A DNA stretch of 32,000 bases from Methanopyrus kandleri AV19. GTDB lineage: Archaea; JAADCQ01; Methanopyri; Methanopyrales; Methanopyraceae. Below the pieces are notes generated by a model. The model had not been told where the DNA came from, did no database searches, and worked only from the letters and a program-made list of their open reading frames with translations. Location of the stretch: assembly GCF_000007185.1 (NCBI RefSeq), contig NC_003551.1, forward strand, positions 420,001-452,000. The letters run 5' to 3'. This document shows positions 9,408 to 17,693 of the stretch, in pieces. Every line of letters starts with the position of its first letter. Positions within the stretch are counted from its first letter, which is position 1. The translations under genes and the position numbers were made by a program.

Positions 9408-10627
9408 GCGCGGATCACCTCCCGCGCCTTCCCTTCTAAGAGAACCTTACCCTCCCGTTCATCGATCACCACGAACCTCTCATTGCACGCGACGCACGGG
9501 TCCAAGCTCGCATATGTGGCTACGGCGTCTGCGATGCTAGGAGATCCAGGCGCTATCGCCTCCAGGACTCGGATATTCGGGACGGAAGGTGTGCGGATCG
9601 TAACGCGCTTCACGACTCCTCCAGGAGCTAGTTCCATATCGTACACGAGTTCCCCTCGTGGGGCCTCGACGCGGTTATCGACGTGTCCCGCGTTCACCTC
9701 CAGCTCCCGTCGATGCCTCCCTTCGGGCAACTCATCGACGATCCGCTCGATGAGCTCTATGGACTGCAAACACTCGTCGTATCGGACCAAGATCCTGGCG
9801 AGGTTGTCCCCCTCCTTCCTGTAAACGGGCTTGAAGCCCAGCTCCGGATAAACGGGCTCTTGGAGACGCATGTCAGACTCGGGGACTCCGGAAGCCCTAG
9901 CCTGCGGCCCAACGACTCGGTACTTCCTGATATGGTCCTTAGTGATCACCCCGACACCACGCGATCGGAGCTTGATGAAGGGATCGTTCTTGGCGATTCG
10001 TCGGTACGTTATCACGTCGTCACGGATTGCGTCCAGGGTTTCGAGGACGTTGTTCAGTTGGTCCTCGGTGACGTCCATTCGAACACCACCGACGACGTTC
10101 CAACCCGTCAGGATCCGGTTACCGGTTATCTCTTCGATGCAGTCCAGGACGCGCTCACGAGTGTTCATGTTCCACACGAACATAGTCTCATGCTCTATCG
10201 AGTAGAAGTAGGCGGCGTTGGCGATGAGGTGGGATTGAATCCTATCTAGCTCTTGCACGAGGACGCGGAGGAACAATCCACGCGGAGCGGGATCTCCTTC
10301 GGCGAGTTTCTCGACACCTCCGATGAAGCACATGTTGTGCGCGTGGGAGCAGATTCCGCAGACTCGTTCAGCGAGGAAGGCGGCCTTCTGCCAGGGCATT
10401 CCCTCCATGATCTTCTCGATACCACGGTGGCAGTATCCCATCTCCACCTTGCAGTCCACAACCTCTTCTCCTCGGACCGCCAGCTTGATCCGGAGGGGCT
10501 CTTTGAGGATCGGATGATTAGGACCCACGGGGACACGGTGTGATATCGGCTCGATCTCACCCGTCTCGACGTCCACGACTTGGACGTTGGATTGGATCTC
10601 ACGCCTCCTGCGCTTCACGGGCCCCAC
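9389..10627 (-). CDS. ehaO: Energy-converting [NiFe] hydrogenase large subunit, EhaO-like
   Basis: Proximal Ni ligands RVCGICSHAHNMC, distal ligands DPCVACNERF; NuoD/HycE-like ...MGYCHRGIEKIMEG..., ...LVQELDRIQSHL.... The start may be internal, because the ORF overlaps ehaN by 29 nt. Confidence 0.88.
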   Translation of the reverse strand: MGPVKRRRREIQSNVQVVDVETGEIEPISHRVPVGPNHPILKEPLRIKLAVRGEEVVDCKVEMGYCHRGIEKIMEGMPWQKAAFLAERVCGICSHAHNMCFIGGVEKLAEGDPAPRGLFLRVLVQELDRIQSHLIANAAYFYSIEHETMFVWNMNTRERVLDCIEEITGNRILTGWNVVGGVRMDVTEDQLNNVLETLDAIRDDVITYRRIAKNDPFIKLRSRGVGVITKDHIRKYRVVGPQARASGVPESDMRLQEPVYPELGFKPVYRKEGDNLARILVRYDECLQSIELIERIVDELPEGRHRRELEVNAGHVDNRVEAPRGELVYDMELAPGGVVKRVTIRTPSVPNIRVLEAIAPGSPSIADAVATYASLDPCVACNERFVVIDEREGKVLLEGKAREVIRACSRTS

Positions 10628-11087
10628 CCCTACGGAACTCCCAACTGCGGAACAAAGCAGGAAGCACGTCGACGACCGCGGAGACTATCTCCTCGGGCCG
10701 TGGTGGACATCCTGGAACCTCAGCGTCTACGGGGATCACCTCGCGTACCGGCCCACATACGCGGCCTCCTCGCTGGTTGAAGATGCCGCCAGAGCACGCG
10801 CAGGTGCCCACAGCGACGACGGCCTTGGGCTCGGGGACCTTGTGGTACAGCTTGACTAGCTTATCTCGCCATTGATACGTAACTGGTCCAGTAACTATTA
10901 GAACGTCAGATTTCCTCGGATTATTGTGGTAATAGATACCGTACTGTTCTAGATCGTATCGATAAGTGTAGCAAGCTAAAATTTCAATATCGCATCCATT
11001 ACACCCACCAGTGTTCACTACTGTCACATGAATAGACCTAGATCTCACAAACCCTTTCAATTTTTTAAGCGCTGACTTCAGGCTCAT
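10599..11087 (-). CDS. ehaN: Energy-converting [NiFe] hydrogenase small subunit, EhaN-like, 162 aa
   Basis: NTGGCNGCDIEILACYT, VVAVGTCACSGGIF, VPGCPPRPEEI: ligands of the proximal [4Fe-4S] cluster, as in NuoB/EchC-type subunits. Confidence 0.87.
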   Translation of the reverse strand: MSLKSALKKLKGFVRSRSIHVTVVNTGGCNGCDIEILACYTYRYDLEQYGIYYHNNPRKSDVLIVTGPVTYQWRDKLVKLYHKVPEPKAVVAVGTCACSGGIFNQRGGRVCGPVREVIPVDAEVPGCPPRPEEIVSAVVDVLPALFRSWEFRRGGAREAQEA

Positions 11088-11524
11088 ATAATCCCCCTCT
11101 CACGGAGAGAAGTGAAGAACTTTGTTAATTCCTTACGGTCTATCGGCACGGATTTTCGTCCTTCAAACATTCGCAGTAGTTCATCCTCTAGAGCTTCACT
11201 AAGTTTCCCATCACTAACCACATCCATAAGCACCGCTAAAGTGATCACTTCATCGTCAACGTTGTCCAGAAGTCGCTCAGCTTGTTCAACTTCGGAGTGT
11301 AACCCATAGAGCCCGGAACAAGACCGTGCTCTGGACAGCACGTCGATCACATGGTCCTCGTCGACGTTCAGGAGCTCAGCCAGACGGTGCACGATATCCC
11401 GACGATATGCGTAACTGGTGAGAATCCACTTCTTGATGCGGAGTACCAAATTCGGATCTTCAGCGTAGCGCTCGTTTAGGTCCTCTTCAGTGATATTCTT
11501 ACGTCTTATTAGGAACCGCATCAT
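11084..11524 (-). CDS. ehaM: EhaM-like subunit (DUF1959-like), 146 aa
   Basis: Soluble protein NITEEDLNERYAEDPNLVLRIKKWILTSYAYRRDIV... at the EhaM position, 4-nt overlaps with both neighbours. Confidence 0.7.
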   Translation of the reverse strand: MMRFLIRRKNITEEDLNERYAEDPNLVLRIKKWILTSYAYRRDIVHRLAELLNVDEDHVIDVLSRARSCSGLYGLHSEVEQAERLLDNVDDEVITLAVLMDVVSDGKLSEALEDELLRMFEGRKSVPIDRKELTKFFTSLRERGII

Positions 11525-11865
11525 CGCGGTCCTAACCCCTCAAGCCAGGTAAGAGCGGCGAGAAAAGTCGCAATTCCTAACACGGTTTCAATTCGTCCGT
11601 ACCCTGGTCGCATGTTCACCACATATCCGATCAGGAACGCGGCTATCCAGATCCCTACCGGCACCGATCGCATCCAGGAGACGGCCAGAAGTGTCCATCC
11701 CAATACCGCCAGCAGTAGACTGATCGGATCCACTCTCCGCTCCCGGAAGATCTCGGGGTACATACGGTAGCTGTACTCGAGACCCACCAACGATCCCACC
11801 AGGAACATCGCTACGGCGCCCGCGATCACTGCTTCGACGAACATCCTGCCCTCGAAACCGATCAT
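11521..11865 (-). CDS. ehaL: EhaL-like integral membrane subunit, about 114 aa
   Basis: Start taken at ATG 11865 (MIGFEGRMFVEAVIAGAVAMFLVGSLVGLEYSYRMYP), ATGA overlap with ehaK; several hydrophobic helices. Confidence 0.6.
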   Translation of the reverse strand: MIGFEGRMFVEAVIAGAVAMFLVGSLVGLEYSYRMYPEIFRERRVDPISLLLAVLGWTLLAVSWMRSVPVGIWIAAFLIGYVVNMRPGYGRIETVLGIATFLAALTWLEGLGPR

Positions 11866-12101
11866 AGGTGACCCACCCTTAGCGCGTGTATCGAGACACC
11901 GAGGATCAGCAGGATCGCTGCCACCACCGCCAGTTGTTCGGTTCTGTGTAATACGTGCTCCAACCTGGCGCAAACGAGGAAGATGACCGATGACGCTAGC
12001 AGCAGCACTCCTCCGGCTTTAGCGTAGATCGAGTGCTCGAGGAGCAGGATCGCGGCCATCCCGACCAGGGACAGCGACAGTACGCAGAGGTGCGAGCGCA
12101 A
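11862..12101 (-). CDS. ehaK: EhaK-like integral membrane subunit, 79 aa
   Basis: Two to three predicted helices; positional assignment within the Eha-type operon. Confidence 0.55.
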   Translation of the reverse strand: MRSHLCVLSLSLVGMAAILLLEHSIYAKAGGVLLLASSVIFLVCARLEHVLHRTEQLAVVAAILLILGVSIHALRVGHL

Positions 12102-12111
12102 CGGGACCCCC

Positions 12112-12963
12112 CTATCCGAGGACCAGGAAGTCCAGGAACATCATTGAGGCTATTATCACGTGGAACCCGACGGCCTGGTACGGATTCAGTATCGGCGTCA
12201 GCGCGCACATCGAGGCCAGGAGTAGCGTGAGGACCCCCATGGTCAGGAGGTGAGAGACCGGGTCGGATATCCCCAAGAACACCGCCTGGAAGACCCAGAG
12301 CTCACAGTAGTACTTGATGGCTTCAGCCACGTACATCAGCCCACGCAGGAACCCCGGATATTCCGTGAGGTAACCCTCGACGATGTCGTATCCCTTCGAA
12401 GGATCCAACGGGGAGTAAGGTGAGTCTACCCACAGGAGGGTGAAGAACGCCAAGGCCGAGAACGGGATGTGTTCTATCAGCGGGCCGTGAGCGTGTTCCC
12501 ACGCCAGTATGCCGGTTACATCCATGTGCCCTGTTACGAAGTACGCCGATATCAGAGAACAGGCCAGCGCCAGCTCGCCGGCGGGCATAATGGCGTGTCG
12601 CACACCACCGATCTTGGTGTAAGTGGAACCTGAGGACACTCCGGCACCGTGGGAGAGAACCTTGTAGGACGCGTACAGGGCGAAGAACGGGAGCAAATTA
12701 CCCCGATACACTGCCGAGATGGTGACCGCAGCCGACCAGATTATCACGTTGAAAACCGGCACCATCCAGTACAGGAACTCCGCCGAGGTCAGTGGGGCGT
12801 ATCCTTCCTTGAGCATAAACTTCAACGTGTGGAGGAACTCCTGAACTATCGGCGGTCCCGGCCTACGCTGAATGCGCGCCATTACCTTCCGATGCAGTCC
12901 GAGGAACACGCTTCCGACCAAGAAGGCTTCGGTGATCCCCACCAGCGTTTCGAGCACGATCAA
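12112..12963 (-). CDS. ehaJ: EhaJ-like membrane subunit (NuoH/HycD family), 283 aa
   Basis: LHRKVMARIQRRPGPPIVQEFLHTLKFMLKEGYAPLTS and SPYSPLDPSKGYDIVEGYLTEYPGFLRGLMYVAEAIKYYCELWVF are NuoH-family quinone-site-like motifs. Confidence 0.88.
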   Translation of the reverse strand: MIVLETLVGITEAFLVGSVFLGLHRKVMARIQRRPGPPIVQEFLHTLKFMLKEGYAPLTSAEFLYWMVPVFNVIIWSAAVTISAVYRGNLLPFFALYASYKVLSHGAGVSSGSTYTKIGGVRHAIMPAGELALACSLISAYFVTGHMDVTGILAWEHAHGPLIEHIPFSALAFFTLLWVDSPYSPLDPSKGYDIVEGYLTEYPGFLRGLMYVAEAIKYYCELWVFQAVFLGISDPVSHLLTMGVLTLLLASMCALTPILNPYQAVGFHVIIASMMFLDFLVLG

Positions 12964-12966
12964 CGC

Positions 12967-13170
12967 TCAGTACCCCAGGAAAGGTGTCCTATCCCGATCA
13001 CCTCGAGGCGAGAGCGCCCATCCTAGGACGAAGATCGTGAGGGCGATCGCCAGGATCGTTAGAGCAGAGAACACTCCGTGATATCTGTCCACGAGCCACG
13101 GCCTGGCGACATCAGCCCACACTAGTGTCATGTCCGCCACCAGTACCGCTACTACCGGTACCCACCGCAC
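12967..13170 (-). CDS. ehaI: EhaI-like small membrane subunit, 67 aa
   Basis: Two hydrophobic helices (WVPVVAVLVADMTLVWADV, VFSALTILAIALTIFVLGWAL); positional assignment. Confidence 0.55.
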   Translation of the reverse strand: MRWVPVVAVLVADMTLVWADVARPWLVDRYHGVFSALTILAIALTIFVLGWALSPRGDRDRTPFLGY

Positions 13171-13182
13171 GCCACCGCCCCC

Positions 13183-13854
13183 CTAGGGTAAGGCCGCAAG
13201 CAACTCCAGGTAGCGGGAGAACGTCAACAGCGTCGTCAGGTGTATCACGAAGGCGTATCGGCCCCAGATCCGCCGGAACGAGTCCACCTTAACCGCGTAG
13301 AAGGGACCGACTCCGGCCTCTCCGATGACCCCCGCCGTTAACAGGGCCTTACCGTAAGTTAATGTCCAACCTCCCGCTCCCTTCGGCATTTTCATCAACT
13401 CATGGACGCTCAAAGTACCCGTAGAGGCGAGTATTAGTGCCGCACCTCCGAAAAGGGGTAAACTGGCTATCAAACACATGAGACCGTAGTTGAAAGCACA
13501 CTCCAGCGCGAACTCGTCCTCGACGGTGGTGCCTATCAGCCCCATGTTGGAGATTCCGAGCAGCGAAAGGAACAGGGTGAAGTTGAAAACGTCTCCAGTG
13601 GTCACTACGCCGGTGGCCGCGAGGGTCGAGACTAGAGCCAGGGCCGCTTTGATCTTATCCTCCCGCGGGCTGACGATCTTGGCTTTAATCCGGGGCCTGC
13701 GGTGGTCTATTTCGACGTACACGTCGGTATTGCTGAGGATGGGAAGTGCGAGAACGGCGAGAAGGACCGCCAATATGATCATGTTAATCGTGCTTAGGTA
13801 TGGTACTATGTCGCCCAGCGGTATTATGAAAAGTACCTTACCGCTCGGGTACAC
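13183..13854 (-). CDS. ehaH: EhaH-like integral membrane subunit, 223 aa
   Basis: Multi-helix protein with ATGVVTTGDVFNFTLFLSLLGISNMGLIG and ...GKALLTAGVIGEAGVGPFYAVKVD..., NuoM/N-like fragments; positional. Confidence 0.7.
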   Translation of the reverse strand: MYPSGKVLFIIPLGDIVPYLSTINMIILAVLLAVLALPILSNTDVYVEIDHRRPRIKAKIVSPREDKIKAALALVSTLAATGVVTTGDVFNFTLFLSLLGISNMGLIGTTVEDEFALECAFNYGLMCLIASLPLFGGAALILASTGTLSVHELMKMPKGAGGWTLTYGKALLTAGVIGEAGVGPFYAVKVDSFRRIWGRYAFVIHLTTLLTFSRYLELLAALP

Positions 13855-14572
13855 GTCGTCGGGCCCCCGCTCTCACATCGTAACCCATGGCGTAGCCCAG
13901 TAGCGTGAGCTTGGGACCGACCTTGACGAGTATTCCACCAGTACCCGCCAAGATCAGGGCTAGGAGCCACGCCTTGGGATGTAGGAAGAACGTGCTGAAA
14001 CCGGCGACCCAGAACGCCCAACCGATCCCCGAGATTGACTCCATCCCGCGCCACTCCTCGTAGTGCGGTCGGTTCGCCCTGGAGAACAGGTAGAACGCCG
14101 CTCCTGAGCCCGCCACGGCTCCTCCGGTGAAGCCCGTAAGTAGCACCCCGTAGACCACCAGCCCGATCATGATGGCCGTCGGCGCCGTGCGGAGGACCTC
14201 CATGTCCAAGGGTTCGAACTCGGGTAGGGAATCCCCATCCGTGTATCGGGCGACGAGTACTTCCGCCGTAGCTATCAACTCGGCCAGACCGACCACCAGT
14301 CCGGGTAGAATCAAGCACTCCGCTAGGTCGGTACCGACGGAGGCTAGGAGTGTCAACGAGCCGACTTCCAGTGCGTCGGTCATAGTCAGCCTGTTGAGCG
14401 GATTGCGATCCGCCGCGATGTCGACTGCCGCGATCAGACCCACCGCTATTCCGGCAGCTACGGCCACGTGGTACATTTTCACGGTGATCTCTGGGACGAC
14501 GTGAGGGACTATCATTCGCCGCCCTCCCTCTCCATTTCCTCCTCGCCGATCGTCTTGGTTCGGACGATCCAC
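13838..14572 (-). CDS. ehaG: EhaG-like integral membrane subunit, 244 aa
   Basis: Multi-helix protein (EITVKMYHVAVAAGIAVGLIAAVDI..., SLTLLASVGTDLAECLILPGLVVGLAELI...); positional. Confidence 0.7.
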   Translation of the reverse strand: MDRPNQDDRRGGNGEGGRRMIVPHVVPEITVKMYHVAVAAGIAVGLIAAVDIAADRNPLNRLTMTDALEVGSLTLLASVGTDLAECLILPGLVVGLAELIATAEVLVARYTDGDSLPEFEPLDMEVLRTAPTAIMIGLVVYGVLLTGFTGGAVAGSGAAFYLFSRANRPHYEEWRGMESISGIGWAFWVAGFSTFFLHPKAWLLALILAGTGGILVKVGPKLTLLGYAMGYDVRAGARRRVPER

Positions 14573-15021
14573 GAGAACGTCACGAAAGCCACGAACATGA
14601 TGGACGATTCCAGGACAGTATCCAAGCCCCGCGTGTAGTAGAGGATCTCATCGAGGATGCCACCAGGATGGGACACGATCGTCGTACCACAGTGCCTGGA
14701 GTTATGGGCCAGCCACCTGGTGAACGGTGTCAGGTAGGAGGTGACCCACCCGCGGACGGGTTCGAACTGGGGGTACTGCGAGATAGTCACTCCCGGACTT
14801 TCGAGTGGGACTCCCCCGCGATCGTAGGGGGCGAGTGGATCTCCGGCCTTCATCTGAACCTGCGGCGCGGGCCGAGGGTAGAGCTGCTCCCGATGGTACG
14901 AATGTCCACAATGCAAACCCAAGAGTGCGAGTACAGCTAGGAGAAGGCAGTACACTGATACCATACTTTCAGGCCGTCTAATCGCGTTCAGAGCCCTCGA
15001 GAACTTCGCGGTCACGCTCAC
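14512..15021 (-). CDS. ehaF: EhaF-like integral membrane subunit, 169 aa
   Basis: MrpB-like C-terminal segment GLDTVLESSIMFVAFVTFSWIV; positional. Confidence 0.65.
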   Translation of the reverse strand: MSVTAKFSRALNAIRRPESMVSVYCLLLAVLALLGLHCGHSYHREQLYPRPAPQVQMKAGDPLAPYDRGGVPLESPGVTISQYPQFEPVRGWVTSYLTPFTRWLAHNSRHCGTTIVSHPGGILDEILYYTRGLDTVLESSIMFVAFVTFSWIVRTKTIGEEEMEREGGE

Positions 15022-15265
15022 TGGCCTCCACCCTCAATATCGCCCTCATCAATATCGGGGTCGTAAAGGCGCCGACTGCGATGAACGTGATCAGGGCGAG
15101 TAGGTGGTTGAACGCTAGGAATACCAGGCACACGCCTACCGTTGCCAGTTCCAGGTTGAGAGATTTCACAACTGGATCTGAACGAGCAGGTCCTATCGCC
15201 GCCCCTAGCGTGCCGAGGATTATCATGAAAGCACCGGTGTATAGGATGGCCTCGCACTCATGCAC
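14978..15265 (-). CDS. ehaE: EhaE-like integral membrane subunit, 95 aa
   Basis: ILYTGAFMIILGTLGAAIGP...KSLNLELATVGVCLVFLAFNHLLALITFIAVGAFTTPILMRAILRVE; positional. Confidence 0.65.
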   Translation of the reverse strand: MHECEAILYTGAFMIILGTLGAAIGPARSDPVVKSLNLELATVGVCLVFLAFNHLLALITFIAVGAFTTPILMRAILRVEASERDREVLEGSERD

Positions 15266-15500
15266 TTCGCCTCACCTCCTCAATCCGGATCAGGTACACG
15301 CAGAACATTATCGTCCCTACCGCCTCGAGGGCCACACCGGCGGCAGCGACGTCGAGGTATCCCTCCGCAGCTACGGCGCAGATCATACCCGATTTAACCA
15401 GCGCAATCGAAGGAAGCTTCTGAAGTGGGTCACGGCGTAACACCGTGGCGATCGACCCCAAGACGCAGGCTGTGAGCGACGTGAGGAGGAGCCAGTTCAA
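15258..15500 (-). CDS. ehaD: EhaD-like integral membrane subunit, about 80 aa
   Basis: Nested in the 179-aa ORF 15258..15797. TTG start at 15500 overlaps the ehaC stop (TTGA); [46 protein letters not shown].... Confidence 0.65.
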   Translation of the reverse strand: MNWLLLTSLTACVLGSIATVLRRDPLQKLPSIALVKSGMICAVAAEGYLDVAAAGVALEAVGTIMFCVYLIRIEEVRRSA

Positions 15501-15760
15501 TCCAACTCGCCCGCCCTTCTGATCTCCTCGATCTTTTGGATCGTGTAGGAGACGGCATTGGACTCGAGCGTTGAGAAGATGAACACACACAGGGCCGCTA
15601 TCAGACCCATGTCGGTGCGCCACGTCGTCGCTACGAGACCCGCGAGTCCGAACCCGACCACGTTGAGATAGAGCATTTGAGCGTAAAGATCCCTCGCCAC
15701 CAGGAGGCGCAGTGACATCAGGATTACGATGGCCGCCATCACCGCCTGTGCGGAGATCAC
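15497..15760 (-). CDS. ehaC: EhaC-like integral membrane subunit, 87 aa
   Basis: [43 protein letters not shown]...; positional. Confidence 0.65.
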   Translation of the reverse strand: MISAQAVMAAIVILMSLRLLVARDLYAQMLYLNVVGFGLAGLVATTWRTDMGLIAALCVFIFSTLESNAVSYTIQKIEEIRRAGELD

Positions 15761-16278
15761 TTTTCGGCCCCCCTCCCCATCCGGCGTGCGATATCACCGA
15801 TCAACCGGGACGCTCGAGGGTGGTCGATCCCGTGGATGGTCATGATCGCTATCACCATTCCAGCAACGAAGTTGGCAGGATCCATTCCAAGCACTTTATC
15901 GTAGAGGGTCACCAACACGGTGGCCGTGAGCGACCCGAGGGTACCGGCGTATCCGGGGTCGGCACACAGACGATTACCCAAGTACACCGCTAGAGCCGCG
16001 ACCAACCCACCTTCCGGTCCTCCTAGGCAGTAGTACCCTGAGGAAGCCAGTAAGGTACCAGCCGACGCGTCGGGTGAACACACTATGTTGCCCATGAAAT
16101 AGCCGCCGGCGATGTCACCTCCTCGGCGTTCGACTGAGCGCCCGATGGCTTCTGCGCCTTTAACACCTGGAGCTTCCGGCAATCCCATAAGTATATCTAC
16201 GATGACGAAGTTCAGCCACGCGAGGACTGATCCGACGACTATCTGCAGAATCTGGAGTCCTTCTTGCAGTCCGATCAC
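15757..16278 (-). CDS. ehaB: EhaB-like integral membrane subunit, about 173 aa
   Basis: Start taken at GTG 16278 (GTGA overlap with the ehaA stop); [67 protein letters not shown].... Confidence 0.7.
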   Translation of the reverse strand: MIGLQEGLQILQIVVGSVLAWLNFVIVDILMGLPEAPGVKGAEAIGRSVERRGGDIAGGYFMGNIVCSPDASAGTLLASSGYYCLGGPEGGLVAALAVYLGNRLCADPGYAGTLGSLTATVLVTLYDKVLGMDPANFVAGMVIAIMTIHGIDHPRASRLIGDIARRMGRGAEK

Positions 16279-16568
16279 CCCGCCTCGGGTCGGGGGAACA
16301 CCTTCTCGATGTACGCGGTGAAGGCCGCCGACAACGCCCCAACGACCGCGCCTACGATCGCGAGCGGTATCGGAGGATGGTACCCGATCACCCTGATCAC
16401 GAGTACTGTCGCGCCGGCGGCTATCACCGGCGTGGGAAACGCAGCCGAGACTTCCCATGACTTCCTGCGGGGTTTATCGCGCTGGATCGGTGGTAGCCCC
16501 AGCGCTAGCGCCGTCCCGAACGCAACGGCGGCCGCCACTCCCACAGCCACTAATCCAGGGTCTTTCAT
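16275..16568 (-). CDS. ehaA: EhaA-like membrane subunit, first gene of the Eha-type operon, 97 aa
   Basis: ATG at 16568, three hydrophobic segments; first gene of the continuous minus-strand chain. Confidence 0.6.
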   Translation of the reverse strand: MKDPGLVAVGVAAAVAFGTALALGLPPIQRDKPRRKSWEVSAAFPTPVIAAGATVLVIRVIGYHPPIPLAIVGAVVGALSAAFTAYIEKVFPRPEAG

Positions 16569-16578
16569 TTTAAGGTTT

Positions 16579-16614
16579 CCCCCAACATCTCTTGGGCGGT
16601 TCCCGAAGTGGGGG
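16579..16614. promoter_or_regulatory. Inverted-repeat hairpin in the divergent ehaA / MoxR-like intergenic region
   Basis: CCCCCA (16579-16584) pairs with TGGGGG (16609-16614). Inner CTTGGG (16591-16596) pairs with CCCGAAG (16602-16608) with one bulged base, and the loop is CGGTT. Confidence 0.45.
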
Positions 16615-16621
16615 TTTCATA

Positions 16622-17665
16622 TTGAGTAAGATCATCATGCGACCTCAGGTTACTATCGAAGATGATTGGATAATATTCGAGGGCGAAGAGGGATTCGTAA
16701 GGCTTCCAAAGGACCCATATAAGGTTATCGAAGACTTTGAGGAGTATGGATACTTCTTCGACGAAGAACATCGGCGCGACTTTGCGGCCATGTACATGAC
16801 GCTGATAGTCGAACAAACCCCCGTCCTGCTCGTCGGTCCTCCGGGTACGGGTAAGACGAAGCTCGTCCGTCTTATCGGCGAGCTGTACGACGTTCCAGTA
16901 GTGGTCATGCGTGGCCACCAGGAGGCGCGAGAGCAGGAGTTCATAGGAGGTGTCGACGTGGCCGCCCTCCCAGTCGCCGATAAGATCGCCGAGGAGTACA
17001 CCGAGGTCGGAAATATGGAGTACGAGGAGGCCATTGAGGCACTTAAGGAATTCATTTACGTAGGCGGCTACCTCAAGGACGTGGTGAACGACGCTCGACG
17101 CCGTGGAGCGTGTCTGTTCTTCATCGATGAAGTTAACCGATTCCCAGGTTATATGATCCCAACGCTCATCCATATCTTCGAAAAAGACACCGAAGTTATC
17201 TACATCCCGCACTCCCCAATCGATTTCGGGGAAACGGGAGCCATAATGCGAATAGGCGCGCTCAACCCAGAAGGTAAAGGCACTACTAACTTCGACGAAG
17301 CTCTTCTAAGGCGCGTTGAACTCGTCCCGTGGGGCGAATACGACGTAGAAATTTACAAACGTATAGCCATCGAGTCAGCTCGACAGATCATCGAGCTGAC
17401 TAAGATGGCCGAGGAAGTGCTGGAAGATCTAGCGTCCCTGATCAAGGACATGGGTAAAGGTGTCGACGTCGCTAAGGACGTGGCGCAGACGGTCGCTATA
17501 GGTATTAAAATGGGATACGACGTGGATACAGTCGCCAGGAACGTGGCTAATAAGATCCTGGGCGATATGTTATTAGACTCTGAAAAAGCCGAGGAGTTCG
17601 AGGCTCGAAGGAACGCCCTAGAACGTAAGATCAAGGAGAAGCTCAAACCCGTGTTTAAGTCCTGA
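16622..17665 (+). CDS. MoxR-like AAA+ ATPase, about 347 aa
   Basis: Walker [18 protein letters not shown], Walker B CLFFIDEVNRFPG, INPEG-like ALNPEGKGT. Start uncertain: TTG 16622 or ATG 16637; the ORF opens at 16592. Confidence 0.88.
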   Translation: MSKIIMRPQVTIEDDWIIFEGEEGFVRLPKDPYKVIEDFEEYGYFFDEEHRRDFAAMYMTLIVEQTPVLLVGPPGTGKTKLVRLIGELYDVPVVVMRGHQEAREQEFIGGVDVAALPVADKIAEEYTEVGNMEYEEAIEALKEFIYVGGYLKDVVNDARRRGACLFFIDEVNRFPGYMIPTLIHIFEKDTEVIYIPHSPIDFGETGAIMRIGALNPEGKGTTNFDEALLRRVELVPWGEYDVEIYKRIAIESARQIIELTKMAEEVLEDLASLIKDMGKGVDVAKDVAQTVAIGIKMGYDVDTVARNVANKILGDMLLDSEKAEEFEARRNALERKIKEKLKPVFKS

Positions 17666-17693
17666 CTAACCCGAATCGGGTGAAAAGGCAGCC

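Noticed and set aside
9102-9824. 240-aa plus-strand ORF opposite the large subunit and polyferredoxin
   Set aside because: Antisense to convincingly conserved hydrogenase and ferredoxin genes; no recognisable domain.
9389-11087. Possible selenocysteine sites in the hydrogenase subunits
   Set aside because: All metal-ligand positions in the visible motifs read as ordinary cysteines within uninterrupted ORFs; no in-frame TGA or SECIS-like element was noticed.
15258-15797. 179-aa ORF read as one protein
   Set aside because: The N-terminal half is out-of-frame overlap with ehaC. Only the part after TTG 15500 has membrane-subunit character (EhaD-like).
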